From Selaginella moellendorffii (lineage: Eukaryota > Plantae > Lycopodiophyta): a stretch of DNA of 64,000 bases. Position numbers and translations under genes: made by a program. The notes under the pieces are model-generated. The model was not told the DNA's origin and ran no database searches. It saw nothing but the letters and a program-made list of their open reading frames with translations. Below are positions 54,715-64,000 of this stretch, one piece after another; within the stretch, counting starts at the first letter, position 1; every line of letters begins with the position of its first letter. The stretch lies in assembly GCF_000143415.4 (NCBI RefSeq), contig NW_003314272.1, forward strand, positions 1,434,374-1,498,373. Reading direction: 5' to 3'.

Positions 54715-55363
54715 TATAATGCACCTTATCTCTCTCCCCTTAAGCCAACTAGAAAAGGGGCAATTGCTTGATGAGAGAACCTTTAGTGGCTATTTTATCC
54801 CCATTTATTCCCCAAGGTTCCAAGGATCTACAGTAACAGTATATCCAAATCTCATCCCATGATCACATGCGCTACACTCACCCCCCCTTCAGAGATGTCA
54901 ATGTCCTCATTGACTATTGACTAAAAACCCCTACTGAGCCAAGGGGAACCAGCACCTCCATTTCCGCACTCAATCTACCAATCCTTCCATTATGTAGACC
55001 AGCTATTCCATGTGCAGTCCCACGGTGGATACCTTCATCCATGGATACTCCACACAAGAGGAAGGACATACGCATGGATGCTCAATACGTACAATTTCAA
55101 ATTTAGGGGTAGAAATATACCTTGCTCAAGGGTATATTATACTTTTTAAGTAGCCACTAATCAATGGGAATCGAACCCGTGCCATTTGCTCTGATACCAA
55201 TTGTAACGCACCTTATCTCTCTCCCCTTAAGCCAACTGGAAAAGGAGCAATTGCTTGATGAGAGAGCCCTTAGTGGCTATTTTATCCCCATTTATTCCCC
55301 AAGGTTCCAAGGATCCACGGTGACAGTATATCCAAATCTCATCCCATGATCACATGCGCTACA
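54715..55363 (-). mobile_element. Complete TRIM (terminal-repeat retrotransposon in miniature), 649 bp
   Basis: Two 162 bp LTRs (54715-54876, 55202-55363) with tgtaacgca...tgcgctaca ends. tRNA-Met PBS TGGTATCAGAGC (55199-55188), PPT GAAGGGGGGGTGAG (54890-54877), 5 bp TSD ATGTC (54710-54714, 55364-55368). No coding capacity. Confidence 0.95.
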
Positions 55364-56399
55364 ATGTCCAAAGGAATGTGGTGTGGAACCCGAAGTTTAA
55401 AGCCTTAGGCCACTGAACGAAGAAACGGTGCCAAACCCCCAAGTATGGAGCCAAAGAGTGATGGAACCGGACCACAAAGCAACTCTTGAGCATACAGCCC
55501 AAGGAGCAAAAGGATACGAGCCCGAAGCGACTTGGAATAGTCCTAGAACAATTAGCATCCCAATGCCAGGACCAGCATGCAAAATGGAGCAAAACGGAGT
55601 CTGGCACTATTTTGGCATATCAGTGGCCTAACGTGAGGGTATAGGTACTCCACTAACTAGCATAGAATGGTACTTAGGCTTAGACCCAAGCTAGACGCAA
55701 AACAGGGACAGACACACAAGCGGGAACTAAACCATGGAACCCCCCCCCCCCCCCTCCCCCCTCCCCCTCTCAAGGAACACATGCTTTAGGCTTTCACCCC
55801 AAGCCTCCTTTAGTATCAGGAGTTAGTCTCTGGGACAAGCTTGAAACTTACTAAATATGGAATAATACTAGATTGCGAATTTGGACATGGGACGAACATC
55901 ATTGTGTTCAAAACAATCTCTATATTCCGTAGATATGCTAAATGAGAAAATCTAGACACTTTCCATAAATAGCATTTGGGACCGAAATGAGACTAACACA
56001 AAAGGCATGATAACGAGGGCATTTGATAGACACGGTAAGCTATCATTCAACAATATTGAGGGATTAGTCTCAATATATGAGGGTTCTTATCAAGCTAGTG
56101 CAAAACAGAACAAAAGAGAACTAAAAAGCTGGGCTAAGTATGATTGGCTAAATAGACACTTAGGAATTCTGTCCTTATGCTCATCCAGCCAAGTATAGAT
56201 GCAAAGTCCAGTTTACTAACACTTGAACAAGATGGACTAATAAAAGGTCCAGCAATACCGACCTCCTACCATCGTGGCAGTAAGGAAAGAGTGTCTGTAA
56301 GGACTAGCCGACAGGTAACTTTCAATACCTGAAGTCACATTCGCGACAATGGCAAAACAGTAGCCTCCTCTTCCTTTGACTCTAAAGCAGCAATTGGTG

Positions 56400-57600
56400 C
56401 AATTGCTCGATATTATATAGTTGCAGTTGTATAATTATACTTAATTGATAGCAATATTCACAACATGGGGTACAACTCCTCTTGCTCTTGATGCCAATCC
56501 TCGAGTTTGGTTGGAATTCTTTTGTGAAAATCCTAAAGATGATATATACCATTAGTTCAATCACTTTATAATGATTGCCACATATCATTTTTGGGATGAT
56601 ACTTGGTGTTTGCGTGAGTTTCCCACGTCTCCAAAGGATGATCTTGTAGTGGTACAATAGTTTGAGTGTAGCCATATATGAGGATTCTCTAGATGTCTTC
56701 AAATATGCATTTGGATATACTAACAATTGTGATGATGCTTTCTAATAATTGCATTGTCTTTGTCAAAGTTCATTTGAGTTAGTGATTGCAATTTGGTATT
56801 CATTTCCAAAGCCTCTTGCTTCATACAAAAAGAAATATATTGAAGCAAATTTAGTTGGAAATATTCTGGCTAGCACTCCATCAAGATTTTGTAGGACTTG
56901 TATATGCATTTGCTTTAACCACTTTTGATGATGATTTTTTCTTGATATAACATTATAAAACATCACCTCTTCCACTTTGTTACATGTCCTTTAACTCCAC
57001 TTTTTATAGAAGATGGTCATGTTCTAATTGAGGTTGATGTTACTACTACCCAAGTTCAAAGATAAGGGTGAGAATATAGTTATGGCCGTGATATTTGCTA
57101 CTTGACATGTAATGAAGTTGGTCACACTTATTGGCATTGTCGATATTTTTTGAATTGGCAACCTCCATTTCTTATGTGGAGACCTTGGCATCAACAACAT
57201 CCAATTGGTGCTGTTGCACTGGAAGGTTTAAACACTAAAATGCTTCTAGTAAATGAGGAATTGCACAAGTAGTGGAGGGTTCTTGAGCAAATAAGTTAGT
57301 AACTTTTTCATCTTTCTTTCAAAAGTATCATCAAGGGGTTCACTCGGTTTTAGTTTATTCAATTTTTACTTTCCAAGTTTATTTTTATAATAAGAAGTTT
57401 CTTGTTATTTTTTCTGTGTTGGTTGATACAAACTTGAGTTTATCTTTTATTGTTTGGCCTATTCTCACACATTGCTATTTACATTTACATCATACAGCAA
57501 AGCCAATTTTCATTCTTTATGGCAATGGCCGTACATACATATGTGTAAATGTAATTGTGCATGTGGGAAATCTTAAGCTTGAGTTGCATAGGTGGTGCTA
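56400..57600 (+). mobile_element. Highly decayed Ty3/gypsy gag-protease remnant
   Basis: Zinc-knuckle-like CYLTCNEVGHTYWHC (57096-57140) followed by retropepsin-like VLVDTNLSLSFI...YGNG (57416-57530). Boundaries approximate. Confidence 0.5.
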
Positions 57601-58850
57601 AGTCAAGCTTTTAACTTTATCCTTGGTATGGATTGGTTGCAACACAATTATACTAAGTATGACTTTAAAGTTTCTCCCCCTTGTTTCGTACTTTATTATA
57701 TTTCTTCCACTTATAAACTTGCAGTCTGACTTGCTACAACACCCAATACAGTCCTTTCCACTAAGCAAAGAGCCCCTTAGACAAAACCACATACTATAAT
57801 ATTGGGAAAAATAGACTAACACTAAGTTATTTATTTTGTACTCTATAGGTGAACGATCATAGGAGTTGTAATGTTATTGTTGTCTCATTTATATATAGCC
57901 CAGGTGTTCAATAAACTTTGCTAGGACAAATGGAAAAATGGACTAATCCACAACCTAGCATTGGTAGCTCGTGGTAATCACGAAGGTAAACTCAACTCCA
58001 TTAGTAATATTAAATCATGATTATATAAAAATTTATATGGTGAAGCACTAATAAAACTTTACACCCCTATGACATATGTATACTAAAGATACCCTAAATA
58101 ACCATCCCAATCCGAATACTGAAAGTTCACGTATTTCACAATCATCCATTTGAAAGTCCAAACAAGCCATTTTACCAAACCATTTGACTGTGGATGATAT
58201 GCATTTATGAAAGTGTAGCATATCCCTTATTATCTGAAAGAATCTACTAAAAACAAGAATGTTGAAACACCACTTGATTAAAGAGGAAGTATCCAATAAC
58301 AGTTGCAGACACGTTAACAATAGCATTGACTTCCACTGAGCGAATCAAATAATCAGAAGTAATAATGACATACTTATTGCCTACAATTAATTATGGAAAA
58401 GGCTCATCAAATCAAACACCACCAACTTAAACAAACGGGAAATTGTAATTAACTCTAACCATCCTTTTATATCACAAAGGGGAGTATTACAAGCTTAGCA
58501 CCAAACACAACTACATATATACGGAATAATATCACGTTGTATCTTTGGCTAATAGAAATACTTGTGTAACTTTAGTCACACCATAATGTTCTATATATCC
58601 GTCTGAAATAAAAGAATCATAGTAGGCATGAAAAAAGTGTCGAATAAAAATCAAAAACACCACCAACCATGAATGATTATCAAGATCCATCCCCACAAAA
58701 TAAAGAAAACCATCCTCAAGGCTATATTGAGAATGTAAATGCCAAAATGGCAAGTTATTAGTAAGTGATATAAAATTCTCAAATATATCACAAAGCCTTT
58801 GAATCTATGGCTGAATCTTTTAAGCTTCATAAACTTCTTCAAGAGAAGGT
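57600..58850 (-). mobile_element. Highly decayed retrotransposon integrase-like remnant
   Basis: LEDGFLYF...HAYYDS...EHYGVTKV resembles the Ty3/gypsy integrase zinc-binding region. Many stops. Confidence 0.4.
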
Positions 58851-60156
58851 AAATCTTGTTCTACACCTTGTGGACATTGAATATCAAGTACAACAACTGT
58901 TAATAGCATAAAATTTTTGTGTAAAAATCCACAAATATTAAAATAACAAGTGTATTAGAAACATGAGAAGAAAAAGAAGAAGGAAAAGGAGCTTGAAAAA
59001 GGGCATTAGCATCAACTATAGAATTCTCTAGGTGATGAACAACATCAAAATCATATATTTTAAAATTCAAAACTTATTGAGCAGTATAACCAACCAAATT
59101 CTTTTGCTTTAATAATGAAATAACTACAACATAATTACCTTTTAATAATATCTGATAATTATGTAGATATACATGGAGTTTCTTGAAACCCCAAACTGTT
59201 GTTAAACACTCTTTCGTTATGGAGTATTTCACTTTTGCTAATTGTAATGTATGGCTTATATATGCAATAAGATAGCGTTAATTAAGCATACTTGAACTCT
59301 TTTGCATCAACACAGCTCCAAAACCGATATTAGAAACACCCACACACAAAATTAAAAGGTTAAGTATAATTAGTATACACCAAAACTGAAGGAGTTGTTA
59401 ATAGCTCTTTAAAATCCATAAATGCCTGCTCACAGTCTATAAGTTTTATAAAAGATAATATTGACAACTTCAACAACACTTGCAAAGATGCAGTACAATT
59501 AAAAAGATGATCAACAAAATGATCAAAATACTGCACTTTGTCTAAAAAGCACTACACATCATTTACACATTTCACAATAGAGAACTTTAAAATAATCACA
59601 AGTTTGTCAAGATTAAATTGGACCCAAACAATTATTTCAACTTTAAACCAACTTTAAACTAAAAAAACTAAACAAATGATAAATATTATATTTTTAAAAT
59701 TAATTTATATTCCATTTGTATCTAAAATCTCAATTTTTGCTACTTGGGAATACATTATAATTTCTTTTTTTACAACTCTTTGCCATTTGACAAATTAATT
59801 CATTGAAAACTTTATTACTAGTGTTGATGTGTGTCATGAATTCAAAAAGCTATTAAGAATTGTATTAAAGTGATTAATTATTTGTTTGAAATTAATTCAA
59901 AACCTTAATACCAAAATTAACCTAATTTAATGGTAAATTTTTAGTTACCAATTAAATTAAAATATTAAATTAGAGTTTTGTGAATACTTTACCATTAAAT
60001 AAAACTAATTAATGGTAAATGGGTTAGAGGGTGGATTGCCTGGCTCGAACATCAAATTCACACCATTCCAAGCTCACTAATCTCCCTGTTTACGCTGAGC
60101 CAGGTGATGGAGGCCTGCTATCCTGCATAGAAACTCTGAAATACTTCAAGAGTTTT

Positions 60157-62439
60157 TTATCCCGCGGCAGCGGCGGCAGCGGCTCCCTCCATCTCCGCGA
60201 TCCGGTATGCCGACCGCGCGGCCCGCTTGTCATCCCCGTGCGCGCGGCACGACGCCAGCAGCGCGCTCCACTGCTCGGCCTCCGCCTCGAACGGCATCGT
60301 CCTCACGAGCTCCTCCGCCTCGCCCAGCTTCCCCTCCCGCCCCAGCAGCTCGATCACGCACGCGTAGTGCTCCACCCAAGGCGCGATCCCGAAATCCGCC
60401 ACCATGCGCACGAATTGCTCCCACCACTCCTCCCCCACCGGCGCCGGGGCGATCCGGCAGTAGCAGCACAGCACCGCCACGAACGTCACACCGTCGGGCG
60501 CCACGCCCTCCTGTGGCATCTGCGGGAAGAGCTCCAGCGCCTCGCGGCAATGCCCGAGCTGGGCATACGCGCCCAGGAGGATGTTCCACGACACGCAGTC
60601 CCGGCAGGCGATCCGATCGAACTCCCACTTCGCGTACATGAGCTGCCCACTCCGCGCATACATCCCCACCAGCGAGTTCTGGACGAGGAGATTGGATCGG
60701 AGCTCCGTCCTCGAGATCTCCTCGTCCAGCGCCTTGCCGGTGGTGGCATCCCCCGCGATCGAGCACGCCCACAGCACGATCGCGTACGTCTCGGGGCTCG
60801 GCTCCACGCTCATCTCCCGGAAGAGCTCGATCGCGCGCGCCGCCTCGCCGCCCGCGACGTAGGCGTGGATCATCGCGGTCCAGCACGCGGCGTCGCGCTG
60901 CCGGATCCTGTCAAACACCCCTCTCGCCTCCCGGATCGCGCCGCACCGCGCGTAGAAGCTCACGATCGCGGCCTGGAGCTCCAGATCGCTGTCGGTCTGA
61001 TCCAGCAGCAGCCGGATCCGGTGGCCGCGATCCAGGTCCCCGAGATCCGCGTACACGAGCAGCATCGCGAGGTAAGTCTGCTTGTCCGGGCTTAGATCCA
61101 GCTTCTCGTAGAGCTCCAGCGCCTCGCGCGGATGCCCAGTCCGGGCATACACCGAGATCATCGAGTTCCACGCGACGAGATCTCTCTGGGGGAGCTGATC
61201 GAAGAGCTTCCTCGCGTCGTCCACGATCCCACACCGCGCGTACATCTCCATGAGCGCGGCGGCCACGCCCGGGTAGCCGAGCTCCCTCTCGTTGAGCCCG
61301 CGATGGATCTCCCGGCCCTCCTCGAGGAGATCCAGCTCGCCGCAAGCGCGAACCAGGAGGACGATCGTGGCGGCGCTAAGATCCACCCGGTGAACCCCGT
61401 GCTGGATCCTCTTGTAGAGCTTGAGCCCTTCCTCCGGCTCGCCACCCTCGATGTAGCCGGCGATCAAGACGCTCCAGCTCGCGGAGTTCCTCGCGGGCAT
61501 GGCAGTGAAGAGCTGCGATGCCATGGGCAGATCGCCGCAGCGCGCGTACATCTCCAGGATGGAATTCTCCAGCGCGAGCTCGGGCTTGATCTCCGAGTCG
61601 AGGATCCACTTGTGGATGGCGCGCCCGTCCTCGAGCGACTGGATCATCCCGGCGGCGTGGAGCGCGGTGGAGAGCACGAAGTCGTCCGGCTCCAGCGTCT
61701 CCACCATGCGGTGGAAGAGATCCAGCGCCTTGCGGTAGTCGCCGTGATCGCTGTAGGCGGAGATCATCACGGCGTAGGATCGCGTGTTCTTGTAGGCGAT
61801 GGAGGTGAACACCCTGACGGCGTCCTCGATCTCGCGGCACGCGCCATACATCTGGACGAGGAGATTGGAGAAATTTCGATCCTGGGAGAGGCCATTCTTG
61901 ATGATGTGAGCGTGGACCTTGCGCCCCTGCTCGATCGCCCTGCCCGCGATGCACTTCTCCAGGAAATGCTGGTAGAGGAAGGGCGCCCGGGTGTCGATCC
62001 GGCGCTCGTCCACCGCCGCGAGGACGGCATCCACGGCGCCCATGTCCGCGAAGCGCTCCGCGCTGGGGAGGATCCCCCAGGCGCTCTTCCACCAGCAGGG
62101 CTCCTGCTTGGGCGGGGGCTTGTAGCGCGCCGAGAATTTCACCCCCTCGGCGTCGAAAATCTCCCGGAAATCGTCCCCGTCCTCGCCGAATCGCGCCTCC
62201 CGCTGCCTGGCGCGGATCGCCCGCCGCTCTTGTGCGCTCCCGGCTTCCATCTCCTCTGCCCGCGCCTCGGCATTCTCCTCCGCGCTCCTCTTCTTGCGTA
62301 ATTGCCTCTCCGCGCGCTTCACCGATCGCTCCTCTCGCTGCAATTGCCGATCAAAGTACTTGTAGAGCTGGACCTTCTGCTCCTTGGTCGTAAGTCGATC
62401 TTGCCGCTTTGCCAGGCAAGCCCAGCTAAATCTTACCAT
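60157..62439 (-). CDS. PLS-class PPR protein ending within the E domain, 760 aa
   Basis: MYARCG-type repeats and EHYACVIELLGREG...WSALLASCRAHGD, then stop. No DYW domain. Confidence 0.92.
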   Translation of the reverse strand: MVRFSWACLAKRQDRLTTKEQKVQLYKYFDRQLQREERSVKRAERQLRKKRSAEENAEARAEEMEAGSAQERRAIRARQREARFGEDGDDFREIFDAEGVKFSARYKPPPKQEPCWWKSAWGILPSAERFADMGAVDAVLAAVDERRIDTRAPFLYQHFLEKCIAGRAIEQGRKVHAHIIKNGLSQDRNFSNLLVQMYGACREIEDAVRVFTSIAYKNTRSYAVMISAYSDHGDYRKALDLFHRMVETLEPDDFVLSTALHAAGMIQSLEDGRAIHKWILDSEIKPELALENSILEMYARCGDLPMASQLFTAMPARNSASWSVLIAGYIEGGEPEEGLKLYKRIQHGVHRVDLSAATIVLLVRACGELDLLEEGREIHRGLNERELGYPGVAAALMEMYARCGIVDDARKLFDQLPQRDLVAWNSMISVYARTGHPREALELYEKLDLSPDKQTYLAMLLVYADLGDLDRGHRIRLLLDQTDSDLELQAAIVSFYARCGAIREARGVFDRIRQRDAACWTAMIHAYVAGGEAARAIELFREMSVEPSPETYAIVLWACSIAGDATTGKALDEEISRTELRSNLLVQNSLVGMYARSGQLMYAKWEFDRIACRDCVSWNILLGAYAQLGHCREALELFPQMPQEGVAPDGVTFVAVLCCYCRIAPAPVGEEWWEQFVRMVADFGIAPWVEHYACVIELLGREGKLGEAEELVRTMPFEAEAEQWSALLASCRAHGDDKRAARSAYRIAEMEGAAAAAAAG

Positions 62440-62522
62440 GGACTAAAACCCTAGCCTAGAGCAGCATTTTAGGGTTCTTCGCAAAAGAGAGGGAAACTTT
62501 TAGGGTTTTTCGCGAGCGATGA
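62440..62522. promoter_or_regulatory. 83 bp shared upstream region with telo-box-like motifs
   Basis: aaaccctag, tagggttc and tagggtttt between two divergent ATGs. Confidence 0.6.
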
Positions 62523-64000
62523 ATGTGTGACAGATTATGGAGGCGCCAGATCGAGGATCTAGAACGCGGCGTGCTCCAAGCCACCAGCCAGCTCTACGCC
62601 GCGATTATCCGGCGATGTGCGAGCGCCAGGGATCTGGCACACGGCGGCCGCGTCCATCGCCACTTGATTGCCGCTGGCTATGGCCGGCACTTGTTCTTAG
62701 GGAATCTCCTCGTTCAGATGTACAGCAAATGTGGGGACCTGGAGCTCGCGCGCCGCGTCTTCCACACCCTGCCAGTCAAGAACGAGTTCTCGTGCAGCAT
62801 TTTGATCTCGGCCTATCTCCGAGCCTCGCGCCCGGCCGACGCCATCGCTCTCTTCCACGAGATGCCGCTTCTGGGCACCCGGCCCGATGGCTTCGTCTAC
62901 GCAAGCGTTCTCAGCGCCTGCTCGAGCGTCGGGGATCTGGAACAGGGAATCTCCATCCACGATGAGGTGAGAGCTTCGCAATTCCTTGACGATCCAATCG
63001 TCCAGACCGCGCTGGTGGATTTCTACGCCAAATGTGGGAGGCTGGAGGAGGCGGGCATGGTGTTCGAGGCCATGAGCCGCGATCGCGATGCTTTCTCGTG
63101 GACGGCGCTCGCGAGTGGCTATGCTCAGCATGGGCAACCCGGCAGGGCCATCCAGATCTTCCACAGGATGGACTTGGAGGGCGTTGGGCCGGACGCTTTC
63201 ACCTTCTCCAGCATTCTGGGAGCGTGTTCTAGCACCAGGAACCATCGGCTGGGGAGACTGATTCACAGTCGCGTGGAGTTCCTCGGGATGGATCGTCAGG
63301 ACGCCGTGATGCAGTGTTCTATCATCAAGATGTATGGGAAGTGTGGCAGTGTGGGCAATGCGAGAGGTTTCTTCGACAGGATCGCGAGCTCTAGCGTCTG
63401 GTGCTGGACAGCGATGATCGGAGCGTATGCCCAGAATGGGCATATGGTGGAGGCGATGGAGATGTTTCACAGAATGGTTCTGGAGGGCGTTCGTCCCGTG
63501 GGATCGACTTTCGTGCTTGTTCTCAGTGCTTGCACGACGCTGGACCATGCCGAGGCGATCCACGCACGAGTTTTAGAGGCTGGATCCCAGGGTGAGAACT
63601 TAGACGCGGCTTTCGTCGGCTTATACTCAGGCTTTGGACGGATCGATCAAGCTAGCAGGATTTTTGAGAGCACGTCCACGAAGAAGGCCGAGTGCCGGGC
63701 GCGTTTGATCGCAGCAATGGCCAAGGAGGGAGATAAAGCTCGAGCGCTGGAGCTTTATCAAGAGTGGTGGTCCAAGAAGAACGATAGCGAGCTTTCGAAG
63801 AGCGGATCCATCTTTGCTGCTGCACTAAGCGCGTGCTGTTCAGTGGACGAAGTACAGGAAATCGAGAGCCACATTCGTGCATTTTCTGCGAAGTCTTCTC
63901 TCCCCGAGGAAGTGGGAGCTGCTCTTGTCACCTTTTTCGCGAGGTGGGGTAGCGTCGACGATTCGAGCAGGGTCTTTGAGAGCTTGGAGCTCAGAGACAC
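62523..64000 (+). CDS. PLS-class PPR protein, runs off the window (missing from the ORF track)
   Basis: ATG TGT GAC AGA... gives MCDRLWRRQIEDLERG...YAAIIRRC...FLGNLLVQMYSKCGDL...TALVDFYAKCG...MYGKCGS. No stop seen before the window end. Confidence 0.9.
   Translation, partial: MCDRLWRRQIEDLERGVLQATSQLYAAIIRRCASARDLAHGGRVHRHLIAAGYGRHLFLGNLLVQMYSKCGDLELARRVFHTLPVKNEFSCSILISAYLRASRPADAIALFHEMPLLGTRPDGFVYASVLSACSSVGDLEQGISIHDEVRASQFLDDPIVQTALVDFYAKCGRLEEAGMVFEAMSRDRDAFSWTALASGYAQHGQPGRAIQIFHRMDLEGVGPDAFTFSSILGACSSTRNHRLGRLIHSRVEFLGMDRQDAVMQCSIIKMYGKCGSVGNARGFFDRIASSSVWCWTAMIGAYAQNGHMVEAMEMFHRMVLEGVRPVGSTFVLVLSACTTLDHAEAIHARVLEAGSQGENLDAAFVGLYSGFGRIDQASRIFESTSTKKAECRARLIAAMAKEGDKARALELYQEWWSKKNDSELSKSGSIFAAALSACCSVDEVQEIESHIRAFSAKSSLPEEVGAALVTFFARWGSVDDSSRVFESLELRD

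Noticed and set aside
55164-55180. tRNA gene
   Set aside because: Only a T-arm/B-box is present, with no acceptor or anticodon arm; reported as part of the TRIM.
55740-55768. Poly-C tract as a PPT or G-quadruplex element
   Set aside because: No adjacent LTR terminus found; treated as simple sequence.

Overview
Plant nuclear DNA, most likely the lycophyte Selaginella. This is inferred from the ~50-60 bp introns, very tight gene packing, microbial-type terpene synthase (MTPSL) genes and many intronless PLS-class PPR genes. Left half (1-31.4 kb) is a rearranged defence/specialised-metabolism island. A ~17.1 kb unit is tandemly duplicated (1661-18312 and 18781-26999; the second copy has two assembly gaps). 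The unit carries a CYP71-clan P450, Helitron remains, a head-to-head pair of small secreted Gnk2/DUF26-like genes, scraps of an LRR-RLP and an MTPSL. It is followed by a PPR-DYW pseudogene and an intact LRR receptor-like protein. Middle (31.5-52 kb) is a dense run of minus-strand genes: a PPR-DYW with an unusual N-terminal domain, two tandem MDARs, a THA8-like PPR, a RabA GTPase, an RGI-like LRR-RLK and KCBP/ZWICHEL kinesin. Right end holds a complete 649 bp TRIM nested in another LTR, decayed Ty3/gypsy sequence and a head-to-head pair of PPR genes. Best leads: the MTPSL+P450 candidate biosynthetic/defence cluster (P450 lacks the I-helix Thr; the two MTPSL copies have complementary lesions), the FGxYKG-domain/PPR-DYW fusion, and a TRIM with a tRNA T-arm/Pol III B-box next to its PBS. 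Family assignments come from motif recognition by eye; no database searches were run.
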